A stretch of DNA of 42,168 nucleotides from Planctomycetota bacterium (GCA_039190745.1 JBCCXZ010000033.1:1-42168); one strand, 5' to 3'. Shown: positions 1-9,480, counted from the stretch's first letter. Notes: generated by a model not told the origin, from the letters alone. Program-made: numbers and translations.

Positions 1-1
1 G

Positions 2-2377
2 ACCCGCCGGGCCGCCAAGATGCAGTCGATCAAGGTCTGGCACCCGGACGTCATGGAGTTCATCGAGTGCAAGTGGAAGGAAGAGCAGAAGGCCCGCGTA
101 CTGATCGAGAAGGGCGGCTACGAGTCCAACTTCAACGGCGAGGCCTACAGCTCGATCATGTTCCAGAACGCGAACCTCTCGGTCCGCGTCACCGACGACT
201 TCATGCAGGCCGTTGAGAAGAACGCCGACTGGACCACCCGCTGGGTGACCGACCACAAGAAGGACGGCCCCAGCTACCCGGCCCGCGAGGTGCTCGACCG
301 CATGGCCGACTGCGCCTGGCACTGCGGCGACCCCGGCGTGCAGTACGACACGACGATCAACAACTGGCACACGTGCCCCAACAGCGGACGGATCAACGCC
401 AGCAACCCGTGCAGCGAGTACATGTTCCTCGACGACACGGCCTGCAACCTGGCGAGTATCAACCTGATGAAGTTCCGCTTGGAAGACGGCACGTTCGACC
501 ACGAGCGTTACCGGTCCGCCTGCCGCACGTTCTTCACGGCCCAAGAAATCCTGGTCGATCACGCCAGCTACCCGACCCAAGACATCGCCCGCAACAGCCA
601 CCTGTTCCGGCCGCTGGGGCTGGGGTACTCGAACCTCGGCAGCCTGCTGATGTCTAACGGCGTGGCGTACGACTCCGACGCCGGCCGCGGCATCTGCGGG
701 GCCATCACCGCCCTGATGCACGGTTCGGCCAACCTCACCAGCGCCGAGCTGGCCGAAGCGGTTGGCCCGTTCGACGGGTACGCCGAGAACGCCGAGCCGA
801 TGAACCGCGTGATGCAGATGCACCGCGACGCGGTCGACCGGATCAACGAGGAGTGTCCCGGCTACCTGACCGACGCCGCACGCAGCGTGTGGGACGACGT
901 GCTGGCCGCGGGTCGGGTGCACGGCTTCCGCAACGCCCAGGCCACGGTGCTGGCGCCGACCGGCACGATTAGCTTCATGATGGACTGCGACACCACCGGC
1001 ATCGAGCCGGACATCGCCCTGGTGAAGTACAAGCAGCTCGCCGGCGGCGGCATGCTGAAGATCGTCAACCAGACCGTGCCCCACGCCCTGGAGAACCTCG
1101 GCTACGACCAGCCGGAAATCGAGTCGATCATGTCGTACATCGACAAAGAAGACACGATCGAGGGCGCCGCCGACCTCAAGGCTGAGCACCTCACGGTGTT
1201 CGACTGTGCCTTCACGCCCCGCAACGGCACGCGGAGCATCCCCTGGCCCGCCCACGTCACGATGATGGCCGCGGCCCAGCCGTTCCTATCGGGCGCCATC
1301 TCGAAGACGGTGAACATGCCGCGGGACACCACGCCCGAGGAGATCGGCCAGGCGTACATGGACGGCTGGAAGCTCGGCCTGAAGGCCCTGGCCATCTACC
1401 GCGACGGGTCGAAGGAGAGCCAGCCGCTCTCCACCAGCACCGAGGGCGACAAGGCCAAGGACAAAGAGGCCGCGCTCTCCAACAAGCCGCGTCGCGAGCG
1501 GCTGCCGGACACGCGGGTCTCGAAGACGCACAAGTTCAGCGTTGCCGGGCACGAGGGCTACATCACGGTGGGCCTCTACCCCGACGGCCGTCCGGGCGAG
1601 CTGTTCATCACTATGGCCAAAGAGGGCAGCACCATCGGCGGTTTGATGGACGCCTTCGGCACGAGCGTCTCGATGAGCCTGCAGTACGGCGTGCCGCTGG
1701 AAGATTACGTCCGCAAGTTCTCGCACATGCGGTTCGAGCCGCAGGGGCACACCAAGAACGCGGACATCCGGATTGCCAAGAGCATCATCGACTACATCTT
1801 CCGCTGGCTGGGCATCGAGTTCCTGCCCGGCTACCGCGAGGTGACGCTCGGGGACAAGCCGCCCCAGGGGCCGGGGTCGCCGCCTGCCGGCGACGGTGGG
1901 GACGAGCCCACCGAGACCAAGCCCGCCGCCAGGAAGGATGGCGGGCTGACTCAAGGCCAGGACAAGGCCGCCTCGGCGGGCACGAAGAACGTGCAGACCA
2001 ACGGCCACGCGAACGGTTCGGCCAATGGTCACGCCAATGGGCACACGAACGGCAGTTCCAACGGGCACGCCTCGAAGCGGCAGAGCGCCAACGGCCGCGG
2101 CTCGTATGGTTACGGCTCCAACGGCAGCTCCAACGGTAATGGCCACGCCACGAACGGCAACGGCCACTCCGGCGGCAACGGCGCCGCGTCCGGGGAGATG
2201 AGCACCAAGCTGCTCGAGCGGGCCGGCGTGATGATGGACGACGTGAGTGTGCTCAACGAGCAGTTCGCGAGCTTCCAGGCCGACGCACCGACCTGCGACA
2301 GCTGCGGCGCGATCACCGTCCGCAACGGCAACTGCTACCTCTGCTACAACTGCGGCATCAGCATGGGGTGCAGCTAA
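2..2377 (+). CDS. nrdJ: Class II (adenosylcobalamin-dependent) ribonucleotide reductase, 5'-truncated by window edge; catalytic domain, TSCPD-type domain, N/G/H-rich linker and C-terminal Cys4 ribbon
   Basis: The frame is open from base 2 (TRRAAKM). Motifs NASNPCSEY, ACNLAS, APTGTIS, SGAISKTVN, YRDGSK, RPGELFI and C-terminal CDSCG...CYLCYNCG. Confidence 0.95.
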   Translation, partial: TRRAAKMQSIKVWHPDVMEFIECKWKEEQKARVLIEKGGYESNFNGEAYSSIMFQNANLSVRVTDDFMQAVEKNADWTTRWVTDHKKDGPSYPAREVLDRMADCAWHCGDPGVQYDTTINNWHTCPNSGRINASNPCSEYMFLDDTACNLASINLMKFRLEDGTFDHERYRSACRTFFTAQEILVDHASYPTQDIARNSHLFRPLGLGYSNLGSLLMSNGVAYDSDAGRGICGAITALMHGSANLTSAELAEAVGPFDGYAENAEPMNRVMQMHRDAVDRINEECPGYLTDAARSVWDDVLAAGRVHGFRNAQATVLAPTGTISFMMDCDTTGIEPDIALVKYKQLAGGGMLKIVNQTVPHALENLGYDQPEIESIMSYIDKEDTIEGAADLKAEHLTVFDCAFTPRNGTRSIPWPAHVTMMAAAQPFLSGAISKTVNMPRDTTPEEIGQAYMDGWKLGLKALAIYRDGSKESQPLSTSTEGDKAKDKEAALSNKPRRERLPDTRVSKTHKFSVAGHEGYITVGLYPDGRPGELFITMAKEGSTIGGLMDAFGTSVSMSLQYGVPLEDYVRKFSHMRFEPQGHTKNADIRIAKSIIDYIFRWLGIEFLPGYREVTLGDKPPQGPGSPPAGDGGDEPTETKPAARKDGGLTQGQDKAASAGTKNVQTNGHANGSANGHANGHTNGSSNGHASKRQSANGRGSYGYGSNGSSNGNGHATNGNGHSGGNGAASGEMSTKLLERAGVMMDDVSVLNEQFASFQADAPTCDSCGAITVRNGNCYLCYNCGISMGCS

Positions 2378-2378
2378 G

Positions 2379-2442
2379 TGCAGAATGCGGAGTGCGGATT
2401 GCAGAATAAGTGACTCCGCAATCCGCACTCCGAAATCCGAAA
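2379..2442. repeat. Inverted pair of heptamer tandem arrays (hairpin)
   Basis: TGCAGAA-TGCGGAG-TGCGGAT-TGCAGAA (2379-2406) followed by TCCGCAA-TCCGCAC-TCCGAAA-TCCGAAA (2415-2442). Confidence 0.85.
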
Positions 2443-2583
2443 TTGTTGCTGTCCGTAGCAGGAAGCCCGGGGCGCGGGAGCCCGCGGACAGCCATTGATT
2501 GTCGGTGAGAAATCAACCCGACGCACGGACGCCTCCTTGTCGGCTGGGAACAGCCGAGGGCGGTGCTCGAATCGACGATCAGG

Positions 2584-2617
2584 AGGCCCGGCAGCGGAAG
2601 CTGCCGGGCCTTTTTTT
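2584..2617 (+). terminator. Rho-independent terminator
   Basis: AGGCCCGGCAGC-GGAA-GCTGCCGGGCCT 12-bp stem followed by a T run. Confidence 0.9.
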
Positions 2618-2740
2618 GTTGGCTAACACACTTCTACCAACGCCGCTCGACAGGCCGGCCCTGGACCGTGCCGTTGGGACAGCGGTATGTTGGACCGCTC
2701 AGAGCCCCACCCCCCGGCAACCGACCAGGAGCCCCCCGCC

Positions 2741-3631
2741 ATGCGTTGCACCGTCCGCCAGAACCTCCGCTGCCTTATGCTGAGCCTCAGCTGCTGCGTG
2801 CTTGCGCTCCCTGGTTGCGGCGGAGGGTCGGCCGAGCCTGAGGCGACCGACGCCGCGAGCGAGATTGCGACCGACGCTGCTCCGGCCGAGGATGCCGCCG
2901 CGGAGCCGACCATCGGTGAGAAAATTGCCGGGGCCGGGCAAGCGCTCGGCGCTGCGGTCGACGCCAAAATCGACGAGGTAGACATGAAGCTCGACAACCT
3001 GCAGGCCAAGCTCGACGAGAAACTGGCGCAGTCGCAGATCCCCGACGACATCCGGCAGGTCTTCAAGACCGCCATCGACGACCTGAAAGCCACCGGCATC
3101 GAGGCCTCGGCGCTGAACGAAGGCGACCAGGCCTTCGACTTCTCGCTGCCTAACGCCACGGGCAACGAGATCCAGCTCAGCGACCTCTACGCCAAGGGCC
3201 CCGTGGTGCTCACCTGGTACCGCGGCGGCTGGTGCCCGTACTGCAACATCTCGCTGCAGGCGATGCAGCAGGCGCTGCCCGCCATCCAGAGCGCCGGCGG
3301 CACGCTGGTGGCCGTCACGCCCGAGACGCCGGACAACACGCTGACTACCACCGAGAAGAACGAGCTGAAGTTCATCGTCCTTTCGGACGCGGGCAACCAG
3401 ATCGCCAGCGAGTACGGCCTGGTCTTCAAGCTGGCCGACGCGGTCTCGCCGCTCTACAAGAGGTTCGGCATCGATCTGGAGGCGACCAACGGCACCGACA
3501 GCGACGAGCTGCCCCTGGCCGCCACGTACGTGATTGACGCCACCGGCAAGATCCGCTGGGCGTTCCTCGACGCCGACTACACCAAGCGGGCCGAGCCGGC
3601 GGATGTGGTCGAGGCGCTTAAGGCTCTGTAA
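2741..3631 (+). CDS. Peroxiredoxin-like (AhpC/TSA family) protein, probable lipoprotein
   Basis: YRGGWCPYC motif, DFSLPNATG, LPLAATYVID. AGGAG RBS before the ATG at 2741. Lipobox-like LALPGC after a hydrophobic stretch. Confidence 0.85.
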   Translation: MRCTVRQNLRCLMLSLSCCVLALPGCGGGSAEPEATDAASEIATDAAPAEDAAAEPTIGEKIAGAGQALGAAVDAKIDEVDMKLDNLQAKLDEKLAQSQIPDDIRQVFKTAIDDLKATGIEASALNEGDQAFDFSLPNATGNEIQLSDLYAKGPVVLTWYRGGWCPYCNISLQAMQQALPAIQSAGGTLVAVTPETPDNTLTTTEKNELKFIVLSDAGNQIASEYGLVFKLADAVSPLYKRFGIDLEATNGTDSDELPLAATYVIDATGKIRWAFLDADYTKRAEPADVVEALKAL

Positions 3632-3682
3632 GCAGGCCAATACAGAAGCAAGTGACGCGGCGAGGTACTCGGCGACATAGGC

Positions 3683-3910
3683 TCACTTCCGTGCGCTGAA
3701 CGCTCGAATCGCTCCACCGGCCACAATGAGCATGATGCCTGCGAACCCACGCAGTCCGATTGCCTGCATCATCGAAGAACCTGGCGGGCCATCGAAGTTG
3801 TCGAAGTTCATTGCGGCGCTCACAAGAGCCGTGAAGAACAACAGAAGGCCTACTAGCGAGATTGCGCCGCTGACATAGAAGGCGGTATTCCGTTCTGGCG
3901 AGCTCGACAT
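3683..3910 (-). CDS. Small hypothetical membrane protein (2 TM helices)
   Basis: 75-aa ORF from the ATG at 3910 with two hydrophobic segments; locally lower GC. Confidence 0.55.
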   Translation of the reverse strand: MSSSPERNTAFYVSGAISLVGLLLFFTALVSAAMNFDNFDGPPGSSMMQAIGLRGFAGIMLIVAGGAIRAFSARK

Positions 3911-4013
3911 TGGGTTCAACGGATCGCGGCTAGAACTAGAAAAAGTGCGGTCGTGGGTCCCACCCATGCTATGCGTCCGAGCCGGCGGAGCCAAATCGGC
4001 CAAAACGGTCGGC

Positions 4014-4892
4014 TCAACCGGCGTCCGCCAGGATCTCGCTCGGCGGCACTTCCAGCGGGCGGAGCAGGATCAGCTTCTGTTCCTTCGGGCCGCTGTCCTC
4101 GGGCACGTGCAGGGCGTGGCCGAGGCTGTTCGGCGAGCCCGGCAGGCAGCCCAGCAGCAGGAACTCGCCGGGCGACAGGTCGACCGCCACCTGCAGCTCG
4201 TCGAACGTGCGGACCTCGCGTGACGGCGTCAACAGGAACACGCCCTGGTTGCCGGTGCCGGAGTAGCGGTTGCGGAGCTCGCCGTGGTGCAGCTCCGGAG
4301 TGAGCCGCACCGAGATCAACTGGCCCGGCGACGACTCGGCCCTCAGCGTGTAGTGCGCCTGCGCTTGCTGGTACGTCCGGCCCGAGAGGCCGCGGTCGCC
4401 TTGGTACAGCAGGTGCGTTTCGCCCCGCAGCTCGGCGGCCTGCACGGTCACCTTCTGCCGGCGGTTGACCTGCACTACGCGGCGGAGCACCTTCGGGTGG
4501 ACGTCGGCGGCGGTGACCACCTTGCTCCCTTCCTCGGGTTCGGCCGACTCGGTCAGGTTGAGCGCCAGCGAGAGCTCGTCGGGCAGCGAGACGCCGAGTA
4601 CCCCGGCCCGCACGCCGTTCTCGACCAGCCGCCGGCGGAGGTCGACGCCCAGCCGCTGCTCGTCCACGCGCTGCCAAACCGTGTCGGCAAGCCCGCCGGC
4701 CGTGTTCGGCACGCGGAGCTGGAACACCTCCAGGGCAACACTCTCCCGCGAGGTGGTCGCCGGGGTGAGCAGCGTTTCGAGCGACGCCTTGCCGGTTGGG
4801 GCGAGCAACGCGCTGGAGCACCCAGCTAAGAGGGCGGAACTCAAGAAAAGTGCCGCCACTGGGAGCGTATTTGTGTTCTGGCGTCCCGGCAT
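4014..4892 (-). CDS. Hypothetical lipoprotein (start may be 4892, 4901 or 4904)
   Basis: About 290-aa ORF with typical codon bias, signal peptide ending LLAGC, and its own promoter-like sequence upstream. Confidence 0.75.
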   Translation of the reverse strand: MPGRQNTNTLPVAALFLSSALLAGCSSALLAPTGKASLETLLTPATTSRESVALEVFQLRVPNTAGGLADTVWQRVDEQRLGVDLRRRLVENGVRAGVLGVSLPDELSLALNLTESAEPEEGSKVVTAADVHPKVLRRVVQVNRRQKVTVQAAELRGETHLLYQGDRGLSGRTYQQAQAHYTLRAESSPGQLISVRLTPELHHGELRNRYSGTGNQGVFLLTPSREVRTFDELQVAVDLSPGEFLLLGCLPGSPNSLGHALHVPEDSGPKEQKLILLRPLEVPPSEILADAG

Positions 4893-4940
4893 GGGCGGCA
4901 TCACGGCGTAGACATCGGTCTGAGGCCACAGAGGGGGCGG

Positions 4941-4969
4941 ACTCTAGGCAAAGCAGGCCGTGGGGTCAA
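4941..4969 (-). promoter_or_regulatory. Putative sigma70 promoter for the lipoprotein gene
   Basis: TTGACC-17 nt-TAGAGT on the minus strand. Confidence 0.5.
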
Positions 4970-5004
4970 CGCGGTTCTATCTGACGGCGGGGCTAGCAAC
5001 CTAC

Positions 5005-5583
5005 TCACCCCACCGGCACCAACCGCGGCGTGCGGACCCGTGCCCCCACCACCCGGCCGTGCTCGGCCACCAGGCCGTCGAACGGCTGCGTGAGGAACTC
5101 GTAGAGGTGCTCTGGCGGCGACAAAGCCAGCCACGCCTGAGTAAAACGACGCATCTGCTCGTCGTACGCCTTCTGCGACGGGCCGTGGGCGTAGAACCGC
5201 CCTTCGAAACGCCGCAGGTCGCCGTCGAACGCCGGGCCGATGTGCCACAGCTCGTGGAGCACCGTCACGAGCTTCTCTTCGAGCGACGTGTCGCAGAACC
5301 GCGGCAGGTAGAACGTGAGGATATAGAGGTACTCGCGGCCGCCGGCGTCGAGCACGGGCTCGACTCGGTAGACCCGGCCGCGGCGGGTCTGCTCGCGGCC
5401 GCCGCCCTCGAACCGCAGCGGGGTGAGCGACGCGTAGAGCCCGTGCGAGGCACGCCGGCGCGTCTGCGAAGTGCTGACCGCCACGCGCCCCATGTCGATG
5501 TGCGAGAACTCGGTGAGCCGGCCGCACACGTCGAAGCACAGGCGGCGCATCTCTGCGGTGAAGTCGAGCCCCGTGCCCTCCAT
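5005..5583 (-). CDS. Putative zinc metallopeptidase (HExxH)
   Basis: 192-aa ORF with TVLHELWHI and a downstream YAH; GGAG upstream of the ATG. Confidence 0.75.
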   Translation of the reverse strand: MEGTGLDFTAEMRRLCFDVCGRLTEFSHIDMGRVAVSTSQTRRRASHGLYASLTPLRFEGGGREQTRRGRVYRVEPVLDAGGREYLYILTFYLPRFCDTSLEEKLVTVLHELWHIGPAFDGDLRRFEGRFYAHGPSQKAYDEQMRRFTQAWLALSPPEHLYEFLTQPFDGLVAEHGRVVGARVRTPRLVPVG

Positions 5584-5655
5584 GGGCGAGCTCCGGTTGG
5601 CGGAATCGAATGGCCCGTCGCTCGCTGCCGATTCGCGACGAGCTGCTGCTTCGCG

Positions 5656-6345
5656 TTACTTCTTCTCGTCGTCGCCTGAGGCGTCCTCAGCAGCTTCGGC
5701 CTCGGCAGACTCGACAGCTTCGTCTTCGACCTCATCGACCTCCGCGGCTGCCGTCTCGTCGGCGGGCGCCTCATCGTCGGCCGGGGCGTCGAACGCGGGC
5801 TTCTCGCTCTTCTGGACGACTCGGTCGCGGACACCAACGAACTCCAGGATGGCCTGCGTGCCGGCGTCGCCCAGCCGCGGCATCGCCAAGCGGGCGATGC
5901 GGGTGTAGCCGCCGGGGCGGTCGGCGAAACGCGGGGCGATGTCGTCGAACAAAATGCCGACGGCTTCCTTGTCGCCGAGCAGCTGGACGCAGCGGCGGCG
6001 GGCCGCCACGGCCGGGGCCATCGCCTGGGCCCACTGATTCCACTTCTCGCTCGTGCGCCAGCTCTTCCACTCCTCGGTGCCGCGGTCGGCGTCGGTCGCG
6101 TACTGCGCGGCGTTTTCCTCGGCCGTAAGAGACTTTCGGGCGATCGTGACGCACTTCTCGACCAGCGGCCGCACTTCTTTGGCCTTGTGCAGCGTCGTGA
6201 CGATGCGGCCCTTCACCTTCGGAGCATTGTCGTCGAACTCTGCGTCACGCTCGGTGAGGATCAACGAACTCGCGAGGTTGCGGAGCAACGCCCGCTGATG
6301 TTTCGGGCTGCGGCCGAGGACGCGGCCTTTTCTGCGGTGTCTCAT
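5656..6345 (-). CDS. rplQ: 50S ribosomal protein L17 (long form with inserts and acidic tail)
   Basis: MRHRRKGRVLGR, RIVTTLHKAKE, RPGGYTRI; follows rpoA. Confidence 0.97.
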   Translation of the reverse strand: MRHRRKGRVLGRSPKHQRALLRNLASSLILTERDAEFDDNAPKVKGRIVTTLHKAKEVRPLVEKCVTIARKSLTAEENAAQYATDADRGTEEWKSWRTSEKWNQWAQAMAPAVAARRRCVQLLGDKEAVGILFDDIAPRFADRPGGYTRIARLAMPRLGDAGTQAILEFVGVRDRVVQKSEKPAFDAPADDEAPADETAAAEVDEVEDEAVESAEAEAAEDASGDDEKK

Positions 6346-6399
6346 GGCACTGCCGCCGGTCGTGGTAAGTGGAGTGTTTAGTAGCAGTAGAAAATCGGA

Positions 6400-7392
6400 C
6401 TACAACGTCGCGGCGGGCGTCGGGAGACGCATGCCGAGGTGCATGCCCAGCTCGCGGAGCTTCTCGCGGACCTCGGCGAGGGTGGTCTCGCCGAAGTTGC
6501 GGACCTCGAGCAACGCGTCTTCGGAACGGCTCACGAGGTCGCGGACCGTCATGATATTCTCCGACTCGAGGCAGTTGCTCGCCCGGACGGAGAGGTTCAG
6601 CTCGGCGATGGTCATCGCGAGCTTGGCTTCCAGGGCGCTGTCGCCCATGGTCGGCGAGCCCTTCGCGGGGGCGTGCACCTTCGGGCCGAGCTGGGTGTAC
6701 TGCACGAACGGCGCGAGGTGCTTGCGGAGGATCTTGGCCGACTCGACGAGCGCCATCTCGGGGCTGACCGAGCCGTCGGTCCACAGCTCCATGATCAGTC
6801 TGTCGTAGTTGGTTTTCTGGCCGACGCGCGTCTCTTCGACCTGGTACCGCACCCGCGTGACGGGGCTGAACACCGCGTCGAGCGGGATGATGCCGATCTC
6901 TTGGATGTCGGCTCCGTGCTCGCTCGCCGGCACGTAGCCGCGGCCGTTCTCGACCACCATCTCGATGACGAACGGCACGTCGTCGGTCAGCGTGGCGATC
7001 TTGAGGTCTTTGTTGATGACCTCGACCGACTCGTCGGTTTCGATGTCCGCCGCGGTGACCTCGCCGGCCGTGTTGCTCTCGACGCGGAGCACCTTGGTGC
7101 TGTCGCTGTGGTTCTTCACGACGAGCGACTTGACGTTCAGGACGATGTCCGTGACGTCCTCGAGGACGCCGGGCATGGTGGTGAACTCGTGCTGGGCGTT
7201 GTGCACCTTGATCTGCGTGACCGCGCTGCCCTCTAGGCTGGAGAGCAGGATACGCCGGAGGCCGTTGCCCACGGTGGTGCCGAAGCCCCGCTCGAAGGGC
7301 TCGGCCACGAACTTGCCGTAGGTCGGGGTCAGGCTGCCGCTGTCGCAGTTGACCTGGCTGGGGAGTTCAAGTCCACGCCATCGGATATGCAT
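6400..7392 (-). CDS. rpoA: RNA polymerase alpha subunit
   Basis: [39 protein letters not shown]. Confidence 0.99.
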   Translation of the reverse strand: MHIRWRGLELPSQVNCDSGSLTPTYGKFVAEPFERGFGTTVGNGLRRILLSSLEGSAVTQIKVHNAQHEFTTMPGVLEDVTDIVLNVKSLVVKNHSDSTKVLRVESNTAGEVTAADIETDESVEVINKDLKIATLTDDVPFVIEMVVENGRGYVPASEHGADIQEIGIIPLDAVFSPVTRVRYQVEETRVGQKTNYDRLIMELWTDGSVSPEMALVESAKILRKHLAPFVQYTQLGPKVHAPAKGSPTMGDSALEAKLAMTIAELNLSVRASNCLESENIMTVRDLVSRSEDALLEVRNFGETTLAEVREKLRELGMHLGMRLPTPAATL

Positions 7393-7457
7393 AGGTTGGC
7401 TCCATCAATGCTCGGGGGGGAGGACCAAGTTGAGTCGCTCGGACGGCCGGGGGCGGG

Positions 7458-8084
7458 CTATCGCGAGCAGAGCTCGATGATCAGTTGCGTCTGCACGGGG
7501 ATCGACACGTCCTCGGCCAGCGGCAGGCGGCCGACGATCCCCTCGGGGATGTCGCCCTCAGTGCGGCTGAGGAAGTCGGGGACGTCGCGGCCGGCTTCGG
7601 CGATGCTGCCGCGCACAAGGTCGAGGCTCTTGGCCCGGTTCTTTACCCGGACGAGGTCGCCGACCTTCACCTGGTAGCTGCTGACATCGACCCGCTTGCC
7701 GTTGACGGTGACGTGGCCGTGGTTGATCAACTGCCGGGCAGCGGCGCGGCTGAGGCCGAAGCCGAGGCGGTGCACGACGTTGTCCAGCCGGCGCTCGAGC
7801 AGGCTCATCAACACCTCGCCAGTGTTGCCCTTGCTGGCCTCGGCCTTGTGGTAGTAGCGGCGGAACTGACGCTCGAGCACCCCGTAGTAGTGCTTCACCT
7901 TCTGCTTCTCGCGGAGGTGGATGCCGTAGTCGGTCTGCTTACCGCGGCGGTAGTTTTGCTGCCCCGGGGGCTGCTCGCGCCGCTCGAACCCACACTTGGT
8001 GGTGTCGCAACGCGTGCCTTTGAGGAACAGCTTCATGCCGTCGCGGCGGCAGAGTCGGCAGACAGGACCGGTGTATCGGGCCAT
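7458..8084 (-). CDS. rpsD: 30S ribosomal protein S4 (Zn-binding form)
   Basis: MARYTGPVCRLCRR, LREKQK, LERRLDNVV. Confidence 0.99.
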   Translation of the reverse strand: MARYTGPVCRLCRRDGMKLFLKGTRCDTTKCGFERREQPPGQQNYRRGKQTDYGIHLREKQKVKHYYGVLERQFRRYYHKAEASKGNTGEVLMSLLERRLDNVVHRLGFGLSRAAARQLINHGHVTVNGKRVDVSSYQVKVGDLVRVKNRAKSLDLVRGSIAEAGRDVPDFLSRTEGDIPEGIVGRLPLAEDVSIPVQTQLIIELCSR

Positions 8085-8202
8085 GGACGTGGGTCTCTCG
8101 AAAAAACTGCTAGTGTCTGGTTGCCTGGGGTCGGCGTCCTGCCGAGCGTTCTTCCTGTGGGTTCGGGCCGATGCCCGACGGCGTCGGTGCGGGCGGGGCC
8201 GC

Positions 8203-8592
8203 CTAGACGCGACGCTTCTTCCGGGGGCGGCAGCCGTTGTGCGGCAGTGGGGTGACGTCCTCGATGGACTTCACCTTCAACCCGGCGGCTTCCAGGGCCG
8301 TGACGGCGCTCTCGCGTCCGCTGCCCGGGCCTTTCACCTTGACCTCGACGTCCTTCACGCCGTACTTGCGGGCCTTCTCGGCGGCCTGCTGCGCGGCGCA
8401 CTGACCGGCGAAGGGCGTGCTCTTGCGGCTGCCCTTGAAACCGCTCGTGCCGGCGCTGGCCCAGCAGAGCGTGTCGCCCTTGGTGTCCGTGATTGTCACC
8501 GCCGTGTTGTTGAACGTCGCGGTGATATGCACCACAGCAACGGTCACGTTCCGCCGGGTCTGCTTCTTCTTGGGCTTCGAGGCTTTGGCCAC
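8203..8592 (-). CDS. rpsK: 30S ribosomal protein S11
   Basis: [25 protein letters not shown]. Confidence 0.99.
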   Translation of the reverse strand: MAKASKPKKKQTRRNVTVAVVHITATFNNTAVTITDTKGDTLCWASAGTSGFKGSRKSTPFAGQCAAQQAAEKARKYGVKDVEVKVKGPGSGRESAVTALEAAGLKVKSIEDVTPLPHNGCRPRKKRRV

Positions 8593-8658
8593 GTCTGGGT
8601 CTGCTCCTGATTCTTGCTGACGCTGTCTTTGCTAAGGCAGGCTTGTGCTGCGGGCGGA

Positions 8659-9042
8659 TTACCTGAGGTCCTTCACGCCCTTCTTGCCGGCGACGGTCTT
8701 CTTCGGGCCCTTGCGGGTGCGGGCGTTGGTCTTGGTCCGCTGCCCGCGGACGGGCAACCCGCGGCGGTGACGCAGCCCGCGGTAGCAGGCGATGTCGCGG
8801 AGGCGGGAGATATTCTGGCTCACCTGACGGCGGAGCTGACCCTCGACTACGTAGTCTTTGTCCAACAGCGCCGCGATCCGCGCGACCTCGTCTTCGCCGA
8901 GCTCCCGGGCACGCAGGTTCGGCTGGATGCCGGCCTTGTGGCAGAGCTCACGAGCGGTCTTCGGCCCTACGCCGTAGAGGTACGTGAGTGAAACCACCGC
9001 TGGGCGGTCGGCCGGGATATCAACACCTAACAGACGGGGCAT
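8659..9042 (-). CDS. rpsM: 30S ribosomal protein S13
   Basis: YRGLRHRRGLPVRGQRTKTNARTRKG. Confidence 0.99.
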   Translation of the reverse strand: MPRLLGVDIPADRPAVVSLTYLYGVGPKTARELCHKAGIQPNLRARELGEDEVARIAALLDKDYVVEGQLRRQVSQNISRLRDIACYRGLRHRRGLPVRGQRTKTNARTRKGPKKTVAGKKGVKDLR

Positions 9043-9192
9043 GCTGCGGCACTCTTCTAACGAGGGGTCTTCAAACCACGGGTGCTACTGGGAGCAAATC
9101 TTTATGGAAAACGGCCCCGGAAACGGCGTAAGGACTGAACCGGAGCGATGTTCCTGCGACTCGACTGGTCTCGCAACCTTAACGCTGTCGCT

Positions 9193-9306
9193 CTAACCCT
9201 GCCGCTGCTTGTGACGCGGGTTGCTGCAAACCACGTACACAACGCCCCGGCGCCGCACGACCTTGCATCGATCGCAGATGCGTTTGACGCTGGCACGGAC
9301 TTTCAC
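9193..9306 (-). CDS. rpmJ: 50S ribosomal protein L36 (Zn ribbon form; below ORF-track cutoff)
   Basis: Hand translation from GTG at 9306: [45 protein letters not shown]. Confidence 0.98.
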   Translation of the reverse strand: MKVRASVKRICDRCKVVRRRGVVYVVCSNPRHKQRQG

Positions 9307-9349
9307 GGGACGCTCCTGTCGGGGCTGGCAGGCGAATGGGAAACGGCTG

Positions 9350-9379
9350 AGTATAGCCCCAGGTTTCGCCGTGCCACAA
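9350..9379 (-). promoter_or_regulatory. Putative promoter for rpmJ/alpha cluster
   Basis: TTGTGG-18 nt-TATACT on the minus strand, about 45 nt upstream of rpmJ. Confidence 0.5.
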
Positions 9380-9480
9380 CCCCCCGGCGCAAAAACCGTG
9401 CCGTTCCAGCGGTATTCTGCTGCGGCGACGGCTTGGCCGCAAAGCGGGGCCCGAAACAGCTTGCCCGATCGGCAGCCTCG

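Noticed and set aside
2448..2617. Cobalamin riboswitch, SRP RNA or 6S RNA identity for the structured spacer
   Set aside because: It lacks the B12-box and the SRP GGAAG-NAGCAG-type core, lies downstream rather than upstream of nrdJ, and the long hairpin is only about 86 nt.
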